Part shown: positions 39,073-49,011 of the stretch, piece after piece
Position numbering within the stretch: position 1 is the first letter of the stretch
Layout of the letters: each line of letters begins with the position of its first letter
Source: an uncultured Nitrososphaerota archaeon
GTDB taxonomy: Archaea; Asgardarchaeota; Njordarchaeia; Njordarchaeales; Njordarchaeaceae
Reading direction: 5' to 3'
DNA: 59,564 bases
Assembly: GCA_964518475.1 (NCBI GenBank)
Contig: CAZFGR010000012.1
Coordinates: forward strand, 1 to 59,564
Program-made: the position numbers and the translations under genes
The notes under the pieces: generated by a model
Database searches by the model: none
The model's input: only the letters and a program-made list of their open reading frames with translations
What the model was told of the DNA's origin: nothing

Positions 39073-39930
39073 ATGGAAATAAAGGTGAGAAAAGACAAAG
39101 GATCTGAAATTCTTGAATTGAGTAGGCTAATCAATGAACGCATGAAAAAGATAAAATACAAAATAGCTATAATGTCGGGGAAAGGAGGAGTAGGGAAAAC
39201 AACCATAGCTACGAATTTAGCCTATGCTCTAGCTTTAAAGAAGTATAAGGTCGGTCTCTTAGACGCTGATATCTATGGGCCAGATATTCCAATAGCCATT
39301 GGTGTTCAAGAAAAGTTTCCAATGGTTATAGACAATGCTATTGTGCCTTTCACTGGCCCACTCGGAATCAAAGTAATGTCTATTCAGTTTTTGCTTGAGA
39401 AGGAGGATCAGCCAGTCATATGGATGGGTCCCCTAGTTGCAAGAGCTATTCAACAGTTCATAGCTCAGGTGGCGTGGGGAGAGTTGGACTTTTTAATAAT
39501 TGATCTCCCTCCAGGGACTGGTGATGAAGCTTTAACCGTGATGAAGTACATACCTAATTTAACTGGTGTTGTGATAGTTGTTACTCCACAGAAGATTGCT
39601 GTTCATGATGCTAGAAAGGCTGTAAGAATGGCTCAGATCGTGGGAGTACCCGTTTTAGGAATCATCGAAAATATGCATGGTTTTGTATGTCCTAAGTGTG
39701 GTGCTGTCTCTTACATATTTGGACGAGGAGGAGGAAAGAAAGCTGCCGAGGAACTTAATGTACCGTTTTTAGGAGAACTTCCATTAGATCCAAGGATTGC
39801 TGAATTTACGGATGAGGGAAAACCATTTATTACCAATGAGGAGGCATTAATCTCGAAAAAATTCATGAGTATAGTTGAGAGGTTGTTAGAGGGGATAAAG
39901 AAATTAGAAACTTCTAAGCCTCCTCAATAG
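39073..39930 (+). CDS. mrp: Mrp/NBP35 Fe-S cluster carrier ATPase
   Basis: SGKGGVGKT, DADIYGP, DLPPGTGD and ENM...CPKC motifs. Confidence 0.93.
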   Translation: MEIKVRKDKGSEILELSRLINERMKKIKYKIAIMSGKGGVGKTTIATNLAYALALKKYKVGLLDADIYGPDIPIAIGVQEKFPMVIDNAIVPFTGPLGIKVMSIQFLLEKEDQPVIWMGPLVARAIQQFIAQVAWGELDFLIIDLPPGTGDEALTVMKYIPNLTGVVIVVTPQKIAVHDARKAVRMAQIVGVPVLGIIENMHGFVCPKCGAVSYIFGRGGGKKAAEELNVPFLGELPLDPRIAEFTDEGKPFITNEEALISKKFMSIVERLLEGIKKLETSKPPQ

Positions 39931-41149
39931 AAAATTCATAACCCTTTTCTCTCAATTTTTTAAGCAATTTTTTAATAAGTTCTTCGCTAGGAGCTTCCAC
40001 TACCAGCTCTACCTCTGCTTCAAACGGTAATATACGGGGATCATATCTCTCAGATGTGATATCTACAATGTTAATGTACGCTTCCGATAGAATAGATAGG
40101 ACATTTCTTAAGGAACCAGGATAATCTGGTAGTTTCCCTCGCAACTTAATAAGCCTCTTTAGCCTCATTTGTTCGCGTCCAATGATTTTCATGAGTGTAC
40201 TCATGCTTATATTGCCACCACTCACCACTGCTACTACCTTCTTATTTCTCGCATCTATTTTCCCAGATATTATAGCCGCTAGTGCCGTTGCTCCTGCCCC
40301 TTCTGCTAGGGTTTTTGCTCTTTCTAGCAGGAGAAATATTGCACGGGCTATTTCATCGTCATTAACAATAACTATATCATTAACTAATTCGCTCACAATC
40401 TTACTGGTTATTTCTCCAGGTTTTTTGACGGCAATACCATCGGCTATTGTATGGAGCGGCTTTTCTTTAACCCTTACTCCTTTAACTCGTGCAAACATTC
40501 CTGGATAAGCCTCTGATTGCACGCCTATTATTTTGACACTCCTCCCTAATTTCTTCCGTAATGCTATAGAGATCCCCGATATCAACCCTCCACCGCCGAT
40601 TGGTACCACTACAATATCTGGTCTTGGAAGATCCTCTAGAATCTCTAAACCAATTGTTCCCTGACCAGCGATTATATATGGATCATCAAAAGCATGAATA
40701 AATGTCAGGTTTTCTTCTCTAGCTATTTCCACAGCTTTCGCATAAGCCTCATCAAAATTCACGCCATGTAGAATAACTTCGGCCCCATAAGACTTTGTGG
40801 CAAGTATCTTCGCTAATGGGGCAAAAATAGGCATCACAATTTTACACTTTACTCCCGCCATTTTAGCAGCGTATGCAACGCCCTGAGCATGATTCCCAGC
40901 TGACGCCGCAATTACTCCTCTTCTCTTCTCCTCTGTCGAAAGCTTTGATATCTTGTAGAACGCTCCTCTAACCTTAAACGATCCAGTCTTTTGCAGATTT
41001 TCAAGCTTTAAAAAGACCTCTCCTCCAGCCATTTCAGAAAACGTTCGAGATTTGTCCAGAGGAGTTCTATGCACGATTCCTTTGAGAATTTCTTTTGCTT
41101 CAAGAATTCCTTCATAGATCGTATCTATCAAGGCAGTGACTGATCCCAA
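39914..41149 (-). CDS. ilvA: Threonine ammonia-lyase with a C-terminal ACT domain
   Basis: KLENLQKTGSFKVRG, ASAGNHAQG and GGGGLISG motifs; start probably TTG 41149. Confidence 0.92.
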   Translation of the reverse strand: MGSVTALIDTIYEGILEAKEILKGIVHRTPLDKSRTFSEMAGGEVFLKLENLQKTGSFKVRGAFYKISKLSTEEKRRGVIAASAGNHAQGVAYAAKMAGVKCKIVMPIFAPLAKILATKSYGAEVILHGVNFDEAYAKAVEIAREENLTFIHAFDDPYIIAGQGTIGLEILEDLPRPDIVVVPIGGGGLISGISIALRKKLGRSVKIIGVQSEAYPGMFARVKGVRVKEKPLHTIADGIAVKKPGEITSKIVSELVNDIVIVNDDEIARAIFLLLERAKTLAEGAGATALAAIISGKIDARNKKVVAVVSGGNISMSTLMKIIGREQMRLKRLIKLRGKLPDYPGSLRNVLSILSEAYINIVDITSERYDPRILPFEAEVELVVEAPSEELIKKLLKKLREKGYEFSIEEA

Positions 41150-41224
41150 ACACTTCACCATTATTCCTAATATAATAAAGATAGATAAACTTTTTCAACG
41201 CAACTTTCCTAGTTAAATTCCCTT

Positions 41225-41285
41225 CAGATGATGACGGGTCTTCTCTCGGAACACTCGTGATGAAGAAAAGACCGAACACTGATCC
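41225..41285 (+). ncRNA. Box C/D guide sRNA (possible 23S peptidyl-transferase-centre targets)
   Basis: C ATGATGA 41228, D' CGGA 41247, C' GTGATGA 41257, D CTGA 41279. Confidence 0.8.
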
Positions 41286-41378
41286 TCTTTGTCTCAAGAA
41301 TTCTTCAACCGTCTCGCATTTTTTAGTGCCATCTAGAATCTTCTCTAGGACAAGTTAATATGAGATATTTTTAAATAG

Positions 41379-41411
41379 TTGGTATATCCTAACATTGTTA
41401 GGATAGTCCAT
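41379..41411. promoter_or_regulatory. Tandem DtxR/MntR-type operator boxes just downstream of the TATA box
   Basis: TTGGTATATCCTAA and TTAGGATAGTCCAT together form the palindrome TATCCTAACA-T-TGTTAGGATA; TTTAAATA at 41370-41377. Confidence 0.7.
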
Positions 41412-41425
41412 ACTAGGTAAGGAAA

Positions 41426-41863
41426 ATGTTAACCCCTATCGAGGCTCATTACCTCAAAATCATATATAAGCTAGAAGAAGAGGGTTGGAGCCTCGTGGGT
41501 GCTCAACAAGTGGCGAAGTTTCTGGGGGTAACGAGAGTAACTGCGCATGAAGTAATGATGCGGTTAGTGGGGAAGGAAATGCTAAGGCATTTTCCAAGAA
41601 AGGGTTTTGCTCTTACACCTAAGGGGAGACGATTAGTTAAGAGGCTCATCCGAACTCATAGGATTCTAGAAACAATGTTTGTAAAACTATTCAATATCCC
41701 CTTAGAAGAGGCGTGTAGATGTGCTACGAGGTTAGAACTTATTTTCTCTCCCAAAATTGCAGAGAGAATCTTTTCAGCTATTGGAGCGCCAAAGTGTTGT
41801 CCGCACGGAGAATTAATTCCTCCGCTAGAAGAATGTGATGAGGTGAAGTCAGATACGTGCTAG
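41426..41863 (+). CDS. DtxR/MntR family metal-dependent repressor
   Basis: YLK.IY.L, LT.KG, HRILE and CPHG..IP motifs. Confidence 0.9.
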   Translation: MLTPIEAHYLKIIYKLEEEGWSLVGAQQVAKFLGVTRVTAHEVMMRLVGKEMLRHFPRKGFALTPKGRRLVKRLIRTHRILETMFVKLFNIPLEEACRCATRLELIFSPKIAERIFSAIGAPKCCPHGELIPPLEECDEVKSDTC

Positions 41864-42884
41864 AACTCTCTTTATCCTAGCGGTTTTGCTCATAGGATTT
41901 CTTCATACTAATCCAGACGTAGCTTCGCAAGGAGGGAAGATAAGGATAGTGGCTTCGATGGAGACTTTCGCTAGTATAGCGAAATTCATAGGCGGCGATA
42001 TGGTGTCTGTGGATTATATCTTACCGGAAGGTGCCGATCCTCACGACTATTCTCTGACCTTCTCGGATATAGAAAAGATAAGAAACGCGGATATACTGGT
42101 TTTGGCGAATTCAGAATTCTTTGCATTAGAGCAACAGATCTTAGAAAATGCTCTAGGAAAACCCTATATTGATTTCAAAGATTACGCGTTGTATAATGCT
42201 GCGATATTACCTATTCCAGGGATAGAGAAGAATTACCATGGATACTGGATATATCCTGATAACGCATTAGCGATAGCTCATGCAATTGCTGACGCGCTCA
42301 TATCTTTTGACCCAGCAAATCACGAAATTTACGAAAACAATCTCCAGGAATTTAAAGAGAGAATCCAAAAACTCAAACACTTAATATCTGAAACCGCCAT
42401 GAAAAAATCACTTAGAGGATTCGGAGCTGTAGTAGCTGTTCCAGGAGCTGCTTATATAGCGTATGCATTTGGTATGAATGTTGTTGCTAGCCTCCTTAAG
42501 GGTCCTGGAAGATTTGTTAATGCATCGGAGCTTGAGAAGATACGAGAAATCGCACAAAGCGGATTTATTAGGGTTATTCTATGTCCCTTAAGTCTCGCTA
42601 ATGGAAAAGCTGGTGAAATCTCTAACGAGCTTTCTCGAAACATTAATGTCCCAGTGGTGTATGTAAGAGTTTTCTCGAGTGGTGGGCTAATGGATTATTT
42701 CGCTCTAATGATGTATAATATTGGGGCTTTATCAGGAATCTCTAATGTTGCCAGGGAATCATTGGGTCAGAACCTATTGATGCTACTATATACTGGGATT
42801 GGGATTCTTTTTGTGATCGCTATTACAGAGTTAGTAATTATTTATAATTACACGAGGAGAGCGGAGGAGGAGTGGTATGAGTGA
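41853..42884 (+). CDS. Metal ABC transporter substrate-binding protein (ZnuA/TroA family) with a C-terminal TM anchor
   Basis: PEGADPHDY, H.W..PDNA and DPAN...Y..N motifs; a complete signal peptide requires the ATA at 41853 (the ORF track starts at 41886). Confidence 0.85.
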   Translation: MRARTLFILAVLLIGFLHTNPDVASQGGKIRIVASMETFASIAKFIGGDMVSVDYILPEGADPHDYSLTFSDIEKIRNADILVLANSEFFALEQQILENALGKPYIDFKDYALYNAAILPIPGIEKNYHGYWIYPDNALAIAHAIADALISFDPANHEIYENNLQEFKERIQKLKHLISETAMKKSLRGFGAVVAVPGAAYIAYAFGMNVVASLLKGPGRFVNASELEKIREIAQSGFIRVILCPLSLANGKAGEISNELSRNINVPVVYVRVFSSGGLMDYFALMMYNIGALSGISNVARESLGQNLLMLLYTGIGILFVIAITELVIIYNYTRRAEEEWYE

Positions 42885-43668
42885 TATGAAAAAAGCGTTA
42901 GTTGTTAGTAACCTAACTACTGGATACGACAGTACGGCGGCGATAGAGGATGTTACTTTTGAAATGCCCCATCCCTCAATGATGGTAATTATAGGGCCTA
43001 ATGGTGCTGGTAAAACAACTTTATTAAAAACTATTATTGGTTTGCTGAAACCATGGCGAGGAGAAGTATTTGTGTTTGGAATTAACGTTTATGAGAATCT
43101 CCCAAAAGTACGCCGATTAATAGGATATGTTCCCCAGAGAGAAAGACTGTCTGAAACAGTGCCTCTGCGTGTTAGGGATATAGTTTTAATGGGTAGAATG
43201 ATTAGGAAAGGTCCGTTAAGCATTCCAACCAAAGAAGATATTAGAGCAGCAAAAGAAGCTTTAGAAAAAACTCTTGTTCCCCGTGAATTCTGGGACAAGA
43301 AATTCTCTGAACTTTCTGGTGGTCTTCAGCAAAAGGTTTTAATAGCTAGGGCTTTGGCAATAGACCCGAAAATATTATTGCTAGACGAACCTTTCTCCGC
43401 AGTCGATGCTCCTTCTCAACGAGAAATCACTGAGTTATTAGCTGAACTACGGAGAAAGGGTGTTTCTTCATTAATCGTGACGCACGACATAAACCCGTTA
43501 ATAGAGTATACGGATTATCTTCTCTTGTTAAACAGAAAGGTTATCGCATTTGGAAAACCAGAAGAGGTTCTAACGGAGGAAAACCTCTCTAAAGCCTATG
43601 GGATTGATGTTAAGATTATCTCCCATGAAGGGACTTGCTACGCTATAATTGGTGATTACCATGCCTAG
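42877..43668 (+). CDS. Metal ABC transporter ATPase (ZnuC-like)
   Basis: GPNGAGKT, GYVPQ, LSGG, LLLDEP and VTHD motifs. Confidence 0.92.
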   Translation: MSDMKKALVVSNLTTGYDSTAAIEDVTFEMPHPSMMVIIGPNGAGKTTLLKTIIGLLKPWRGEVFVFGINVYENLPKVRRLIGYVPQRERLSETVPLRVRDIVLMGRMIRKGPLSIPTKEDIRAAKEALEKTLVPREFWDKKFSELSGGLQQKVLIARALAIDPKILLLDEPFSAVDAPSQREITELLAELRRKGVSSLIVTHDINPLIEYTDYLLLLNRKVIAFGKPEEVLTEENLSKAYGIDVKIISHEGTCYAIIGDYHA

Positions 43669-44491
43669 CGTCTTAGATCTATTATCGAACCCATTCGTGC
43701 TAAGAGCATTAATTGCGGTACTGTTAGCTTCCATGTTATCCGCTACAACTGGAAACTTAACAATCTTCAAGGGATTATCGTTTTTCGTAGCTACTATAGC
43801 CCATGCAGCTATGGCTGGAGCTGCTCTTGCAATCTTCTTAGCATCTTATGGCATCTATCCGCTGAATCCCATAATAGGTGGTTGTTTATTCGGTATTACT
43901 CTGAGCGTTCTTCTTGGAATCGCCAGTAAAGGAACTGTATCTAGTGAGAAATTAGACGCCATAACAGGTATATCGTTTGCTTTGTCTATGAGCTTAGCTA
44001 TTCTTTTTATATCACTGATAAAGGAATATGCGGTGCAGGCATGGGGCCTAATTATGGGAGATCTCTTATTATTAACAATGAACGACATCCTCCTAATGAT
44101 CATTACCTCTACAATAGTTGTTTTCCTGATAATTCTATTATTACGAGAATTCCTCTTTATCTCGTTTGATCCCGAGGGGGCAGAAGCTTTTGGATTAAAA
44201 ACCTCTTTATATAATGTAGTAATGTTAACTCTCGTAGCGCTTTCTGTAGTAGTTATGATGAAGGCTGTGGGAGCAATTCTTGTTTATGTAATAATGATAA
44301 TTCCAGCAGCTACAGCTAATAGAATAGCGAGAACACCATTCTCGACCGTTTACATCTCGTTTTTAGTATCGTTATTTAGTGGAGTGGTTGGCCTTATCCT
44401 AGCTCTTTATATAGATATAGCACCAAGCGCATTGATAGGAATTATTGCAACTCTTATCTACCTTCTGTCTCTCATTAAAGGTGGGAAGTAA
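43661..44491 (+). CDS. Metal ABC transporter permease (ZnuB-like)
   Basis: IAHAA..G, SFDPE.A...G and VG..LV....IIPAA.A motifs. Confidence 0.9.
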   Translation: MPSVLDLLSNPFVLRALIAVLLASMLSATTGNLTIFKGLSFFVATIAHAAMAGAALAIFLASYGIYPLNPIIGGCLFGITLSVLLGIASKGTVSSEKLDAITGISFALSMSLAILFISLIKEYAVQAWGLIMGDLLLLTMNDILLMIITSTIVVFLIILLLREFLFISFDPEGAEAFGLKTSLYNVVMLTLVALSVVVMMKAVGAILVYVIMIIPAATANRIARTPFSTVYISFLVSLFSGVVGLILALYIDIAPSALIGIIATLIYLLSLIKGGK

Positions 44492-44559
44492 CGATTTCAT
44501 CTCTGTTTACAAGTGAGCATATTTATATACCGTAGCTTTCAGAATTTTTCTACCTAGAA

Positions 44560-44573
44560 TTAGACTATCCTAA
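44560..44573. promoter_or_regulatory. DtxR-type operator at the feoAB promoter
   Basis: TTAGACTATCCTAA; its reverse complement matches the 41398-41411 box at 12 of 14 positions. Confidence 0.7.
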
Positions 44574-44611
44574 AATTATTAAATAAACCAAATTTTAATG
44601 AGGGGGACGCA

Positions 44612-44851
44612 ATGAGAATTACGAGGGATCTAAGTTCTCTCCCCACGGGTACTAGAGGACGAATCGTCTCTATTAACGGAGGGTGGGGCGCAAGACAACG
44701 ACTATATGAAATGGGGGTTTATCCGGGTGTAGAAATCGTCGTTGTTGAAAATAGGGGGGTAGGTCCGATAATTGTCGAGAGTAAGGGTGGAAAAATAGCT
44801 ATTGGAAGAGGATTGGCCCGAAAAATTCTTGTGGAGGTGCTCTCTTCATGA
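44612..44851 (+). CDS. feoA: Ferrous iron transport protein A
   Basis: RL.EMG..PG, GPIIV and IAIGRG.A.KI.V motifs. Confidence 0.92.
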   Translation: MRITRDLSSLPTGTRGRIVSINGGWGARQRLYEMGVYPGVEIVVVENRGVGPIIVESKGGKIAIGRGLARKILVEVLSS

Positions 44852-47094
44852 AAAATGACGAAGTGGATATAGTGGTTGCTGTCGCTGGTCCACCAAACGT
44901 TGGTAAATCCACCCTCTTAAATAAACTAGTTGGGGCATTATCACACGTAGGTAATTGGCCTGGAAAAACCGTTGAGATTATTACTGGCACTATCGAGTAT
45001 AAGGGATATAGAATTCAAATAGTTGATCTCCCTGGAACTTATGGATTAAGTGGAGTTACAGAGGAAGAGGAAATAGCGAGAAAATATATTCTGGGAGAAT
45101 ATGGGGAACGTGTTCATAGACACCGTAGATTCATATGTGAATCTTGTCCTCTGTCACGGTATTGTGTTTTCTCGATTCTATGCCCAGCTAGGATATTTTC
45201 TAAAGTATTTCAGCATCGTACTCGCGGAAGCCGTATACTCTATACACCAGATATCGTAGTGGTTCTAGTCGATGCTACACTTCTTGAGAAAACCCTTTAC
45301 TTAGCCATATCTGTTCTTGAACTTACACCTCATGTCGTAATAGCTCTAAACAAAGTGGATGAATTAGAGGAGCAGGGCATTAGTATTGATACTGAGACAC
45401 TATCTAAACGACTTAAGGTCCCAGTGGTCCCGATTTCTGCATTAAAAGGAAAAAACATTGACAAACTATTAGACACAATCATACTCGAGTGGAAACGCAT
45501 AGTTGCTAAAAAAGAAACATTGAAAATCGATTATGGCGTACTAGAACATTACATCCAGAGAATCATTAAATTGCTTGAAAAAATCGATCTACCACCTCAT
45601 TACCCAAGACGCTGGGTCGCTATAAGGCTACTTGAGAAGGATAATGAGCTCTTTAATAAAGTAAGAGAGCTCAATGAGACTATTGCTTCCGAGATAGAGA
45701 ATATAGTAAGAGAAGCTGAGGAACGGTTCCACGACGAATTAAGCGCCGTCATAACTCGGGTAAGATATAATTACATAGCAGAGATCACGCGAGATGTTAT
45801 CACAAGAAAGGAGATTAGAGAACCAGAATTGAGACTAGTGGACAGGATATTTACTCATACGATCATCGGACCAGTACTGAGTATAGGTCTTCTCTTCTTA
45901 ATATTCATCGCAGCATTTAGCATTAATATCGGCTTTCCTCTGAATATTCTTTTCAGTAGCTTCGGTTTAGAGAATCTAGCAGAAGCTGTAGAGGAGTATA
46001 GTCTCGTTACCTTAATGGAGAATATCATAGACCTAGGCATAGGCTTTGTTAGATCTCTCTTAGAGCCTTATTCAGAAGCCCTCGCCTCCTTCGTAGCTGA
46101 TGGTATATTAGGTGGCCTTGGTCTAATTCTCACATTCTTCCCCCTGATAATGCTTGTTCTATTCATAATCTCTCTTCTAGAAGATAGCGGTCTAGCTGCT
46201 CGAATTACAGTAGCTTTGGATACTTTATTCTCCAGACTCGGATTAACTGGAAGAGCAGTTTTTCCACTAATAATCTCTCTAGGCTGTAACGTGCCAGGAG
46301 TAATGGCTTCTAGAACCTCGATGAGTAGAGGAGAAAGATTAGCGTTAATCCTCTCGGCACCCTTCGTTATTTGCCAAGCCCGTTTGATAGTGTTAATAGC
46401 AGTAGTATCAGCCGCCTTCGTTAACCCTCTTCAACAAACTCTCGCTTTCCTAGGAGTCTACCTAATCTCGATCCTCCTATACTTGATTTTCGCATTAATC
46501 TTTGTTCGCATCTTCGGAGAGAAAGGCGAGGTCAGGGCTCTTATAATGGATATCCCACCCCTTAGGAGACCTAGCATTCGAGTTGCTGGGTGGAATGCGT
46601 GGATTATGGGTAAGGAGTTTATAAAGAAAGCTGGTACGGTAATCGTCGCTCTTTCAGTGCTTACATGGTTCCTCCTAAACTATGGTCCTAACGGTTATAC
46701 AGCAAACATTGAGCAGAGCTATGGGGCATTAATAGGTAAGTACCTGAGCCCATTAGCCTACGTATGGGGCATAACAAATATGGACGTTGCATGGAAAATA
46801 ATGTTCGCCTTACTCTACGGATTCATAGCAAAAGAAGGGTTACTAATAGCGATCGCACAACTCGGGAAAACACAAGCGACCTTCCAAGAGGTATGGAGAT
46901 CCTTCGGACTCACACCAATACAAAGCTTCGCACTCCTACTCTTCTTCATGACATATGTCCCCTGCATGGCCACAGTAGTAGCTATAAAGCATGAGACAAA
47001 CTCTTGGAAACTCACAATATTCTCCATTCTCTTAATGGTGATAACAGCTATCGCACTTTCATCCTTCATAGTATTCCTCTTTAATATTATCTAG
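44848..47094 (+). CDS. feoB: Ferrous iron transporter B
   Basis: GPPNVGKS, NWPG.TVE, DLPG.Y, NKVD, LEDSG, GCNVP and YVPC motifs. Confidence 0.93.
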   Translation: MKNDEVDIVVAVAGPPNVGKSTLLNKLVGALSHVGNWPGKTVEIITGTIEYKGYRIQIVDLPGTYGLSGVTEEEEIARKYILGEYGERVHRHRRFICESCPLSRYCVFSILCPARIFSKVFQHRTRGSRILYTPDIVVVLVDATLLEKTLYLAISVLELTPHVVIALNKVDELEEQGISIDTETLSKRLKVPVVPISALKGKNIDKLLDTIILEWKRIVAKKETLKIDYGVLEHYIQRIIKLLEKIDLPPHYPRRWVAIRLLEKDNELFNKVRELNETIASEIENIVREAEERFHDELSAVITRVRYNYIAEITRDVITRKEIREPELRLVDRIFTHTIIGPVLSIGLLFLIFIAAFSINIGFPLNILFSSFGLENLAEAVEEYSLVTLMENIIDLGIGFVRSLLEPYSEALASFVADGILGGLGLILTFFPLIMLVLFIISLLEDSGLAARITVALDTLFSRLGLTGRAVFPLIISLGCNVPGVMASRTSMSRGERLALILSAPFVICQARLIVLIAVVSAAFVNPLQQTLAFLGVYLISILLYLIFALIFVRIFGEKGEVRALIMDIPPLRRPSIRVAGWNAWIMGKEFIKKAGTVIVALSVLTWFLLNYGPNGYTANIEQSYGALIGKYLSPLAYVWGITNMDVAWKIMFALLYGFIAKEGLLIAIAQLGKTQATFQEVWRSFGLTPIQSFALLLFFMTYVPCMATVVAIKHETNSWKLTIFSILLMVITAIALSSFIVFLFNII

Positions 47095-47198
47095 AAAGCT
47101 TCTTAGTCACAGCTAACCTCCTTGATTATATCCTTGAGAATTTTTGAGATAGAGTATTAGGAAAAGTCTTGTCTTGTTGAAGTTCTTATCATGGAATT

Positions 47199-47942
47199 TC
47201 AATGTCCGATGATTTTTTGCGTTTTCTCAGTTTTCTTTTTTAAGAGTTCTGGTGCACTGTCTCTTAGTCTTTTGCCGAGAAAAAGTGCGGAGAGGTCTAT
47301 CATTATCATGCTGAATCCTAGGAATAGGAGGAAGGAGCTCATTATCATTAAGAAGCTTGGGAAAGATATCTTCTTTAGCGGTTTTATAGAGATCGAGAGG
47401 GCATAGTAGCCATATCCCAGCATTAGAAATGCTGTCATTGCGGCTAGGGTTGTGGCTTTATCTATTGTATACGATACCTCTATCGCTTTTTCTATATAAT
47501 CGGGAAAAGTTGCCTGCGGGGTTGTTAACTTTATTCTTATGGCCTCTAGTAAGAGATCAATTTTTATCAATGTATACAGAGAGTTTACCAACCTGAGAAA
47601 TGAGAAACAGAGAAGAGGTATGAAAGAATATTTTATCAACGTATTTCTTACCAAACCGCCTAATTTCTTCGATCTAAGGGCTAAAAAGATCAAAGCAAGC
47701 ATCACGGGTACATCTACGCCTATAGATAAGATAGTGAAAGATTTCCAGAATGAGATAACTCCCTCCACTTCCCCATAACTAGGGAATAAAAAATACCGAA
47801 CATACACTCTTAAAGCTACTGAGAAGAGCTCTAATGCAGAATAAATAATCAACATGATACCTGCTCTAGACACCGGCTCATCAATACGCACATCCTCTGG
47901 CTCTGTGGGAAATTCTAAGGGAATGATACTCAAAAAAGGCAC
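47199..47942 (-). CDS. Membrane protein of unknown function
   Basis: About 5 TM segments; true start may be the TTG after SD GAGGTG. Confidence 0.65.
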   Translation of the reverse strand: MPFLSIIPLEFPTEPEDVRIDEPVSRAGIMLIIYSALELFSVALRVYVRYFLFPSYGEVEGVISFWKSFTILSIGVDVPVMLALIFLALRSKKLGGLVRNTLIKYSFIPLLCFSFLRLVNSLYTLIKIDLLLEAIRIKLTTPQATFPDYIEKAIEVSYTIDKATTLAAMTAFLMLGYGYYALSISIKPLKKISFPSFLMIMSSFLLFLGFSMIMIDLSALFLGKRLRDSAPELLKKKTEKTQKIIGH

Positions 47943-48114
47943 CTCGTCCTTGTCAGAAAGAATAAAGGCTTAAAACTATTTATGAATATCCCGCATAAAG
48001 AAGCTCTCAGCAAGATTTGATAGATAATAAATATGTGTGAATGTACTGATTTGGCTTCCTCTCTGCACTAAAGTGCAGGAGCTTCTAAGATTCCCCTTGT
48101 AGGGAGAGAGTCAA

Positions 48115-49011
48115 TTATTGTTGCATTTTTGTTTCTTTTGGGATTATTTTCTTTACCAGGAGTGTGTCGAGGCTTCCGCTTCTATAGCCTAGGAGATCGA
48201 GGGTCACGAATTTGTATCCTAGTTTCATGAGCTCGTAGGCTATTTTATCCATAAGTTCTTCGTTGAAGAGTTTTTGTCTTTCATCTCTTCCTACTTCGAT
48301 TCGAGCTATATAGCCGTGGTCCCTTACCCTTAATTGTCTAATCCCTACGAGTTCCTTTATTGTTTTCTCCGCGAGAGCTATTCTTCTTAGTCTTTCAGGG
48401 GAGATGTACTCACCGTAGGGTATTCTTGAGGCGAGGCAGGCCATGGATGGTCTGTTGAAGTTGGGTAATCCTAGGATTCGTGCTATGGTTCTTGCCTCTT
48501 CTTTGGTTATTCCTGTTTCTGCGAGAGGACTTTTAACTCCCTCTTCTTTTAGGGCAAGAAATCCTGGTCTGTGTTCGTGGAGATCTGACGCATTGGTTCC
48601 TTCTACTATGGCCTCGGCGTTGTATTGTTTCGCGATGTTTTTTAGCTGTTTTATTAGGTTTTTCTTGCAGTAATAGCATCTTTCGGGAGGATTACGTACA
48701 AAATTTGGATCTGATAACTCATTGGTTCGTATAAGAATATGCTTAACATTCAACATACTTGCTATTTTCTTCGCCCATTCTAAATCTTCTTCTGGATGGA
48801 TAGGAGAAGTGGAGGTAACTGCTATCACTTTATCAGAACCTAGAGCTAGGGCAGCGGTGGCTAGGATCACTGAACTATCCACTCCTCCCGAGAAGGCGAC
48901 TATAACTGGTCCTTCAATCTCTTTATACCACTTAATCAGTTCTCTAAATTTCTCTCTTAAATGCTCGTCGAGGGATCTCATAACATCTTCTAAGTTTATC
49001 TTCCATTCCAT
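48115..49011 (-). CDS. larE: LarE-like ATP-dependent sulfur transferase
   Basis: FSGGVDS, RCYYCK, RPG..A..E, CLASRIPYG, RVRDH and GYRSGS motifs. Confidence 0.9.
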   Translation of the reverse strand: MEWKINLEDVMRSLDEHLREKFRELIKWYKEIEGPVIVAFSGGVDSSVILATAALALGSDKVIAVTSTSPIHPEEDLEWAKKIASMLNVKHILIRTNELSDPNFVRNPPERCYYCKKNLIKQLKNIAKQYNAEAIVEGTNASDLHEHRPGFLALKEEGVKSPLAETGITKEEARTIARILGLPNFNRPSMACLASRIPYGEYISPERLRRIALAEKTIKELVGIRQLRVRDHGYIARIEVGRDERQKLFNEELMDKIAYELMKLGYKFVTLDLLGYRSGSLDTLLVKKIIPKETKMQQ

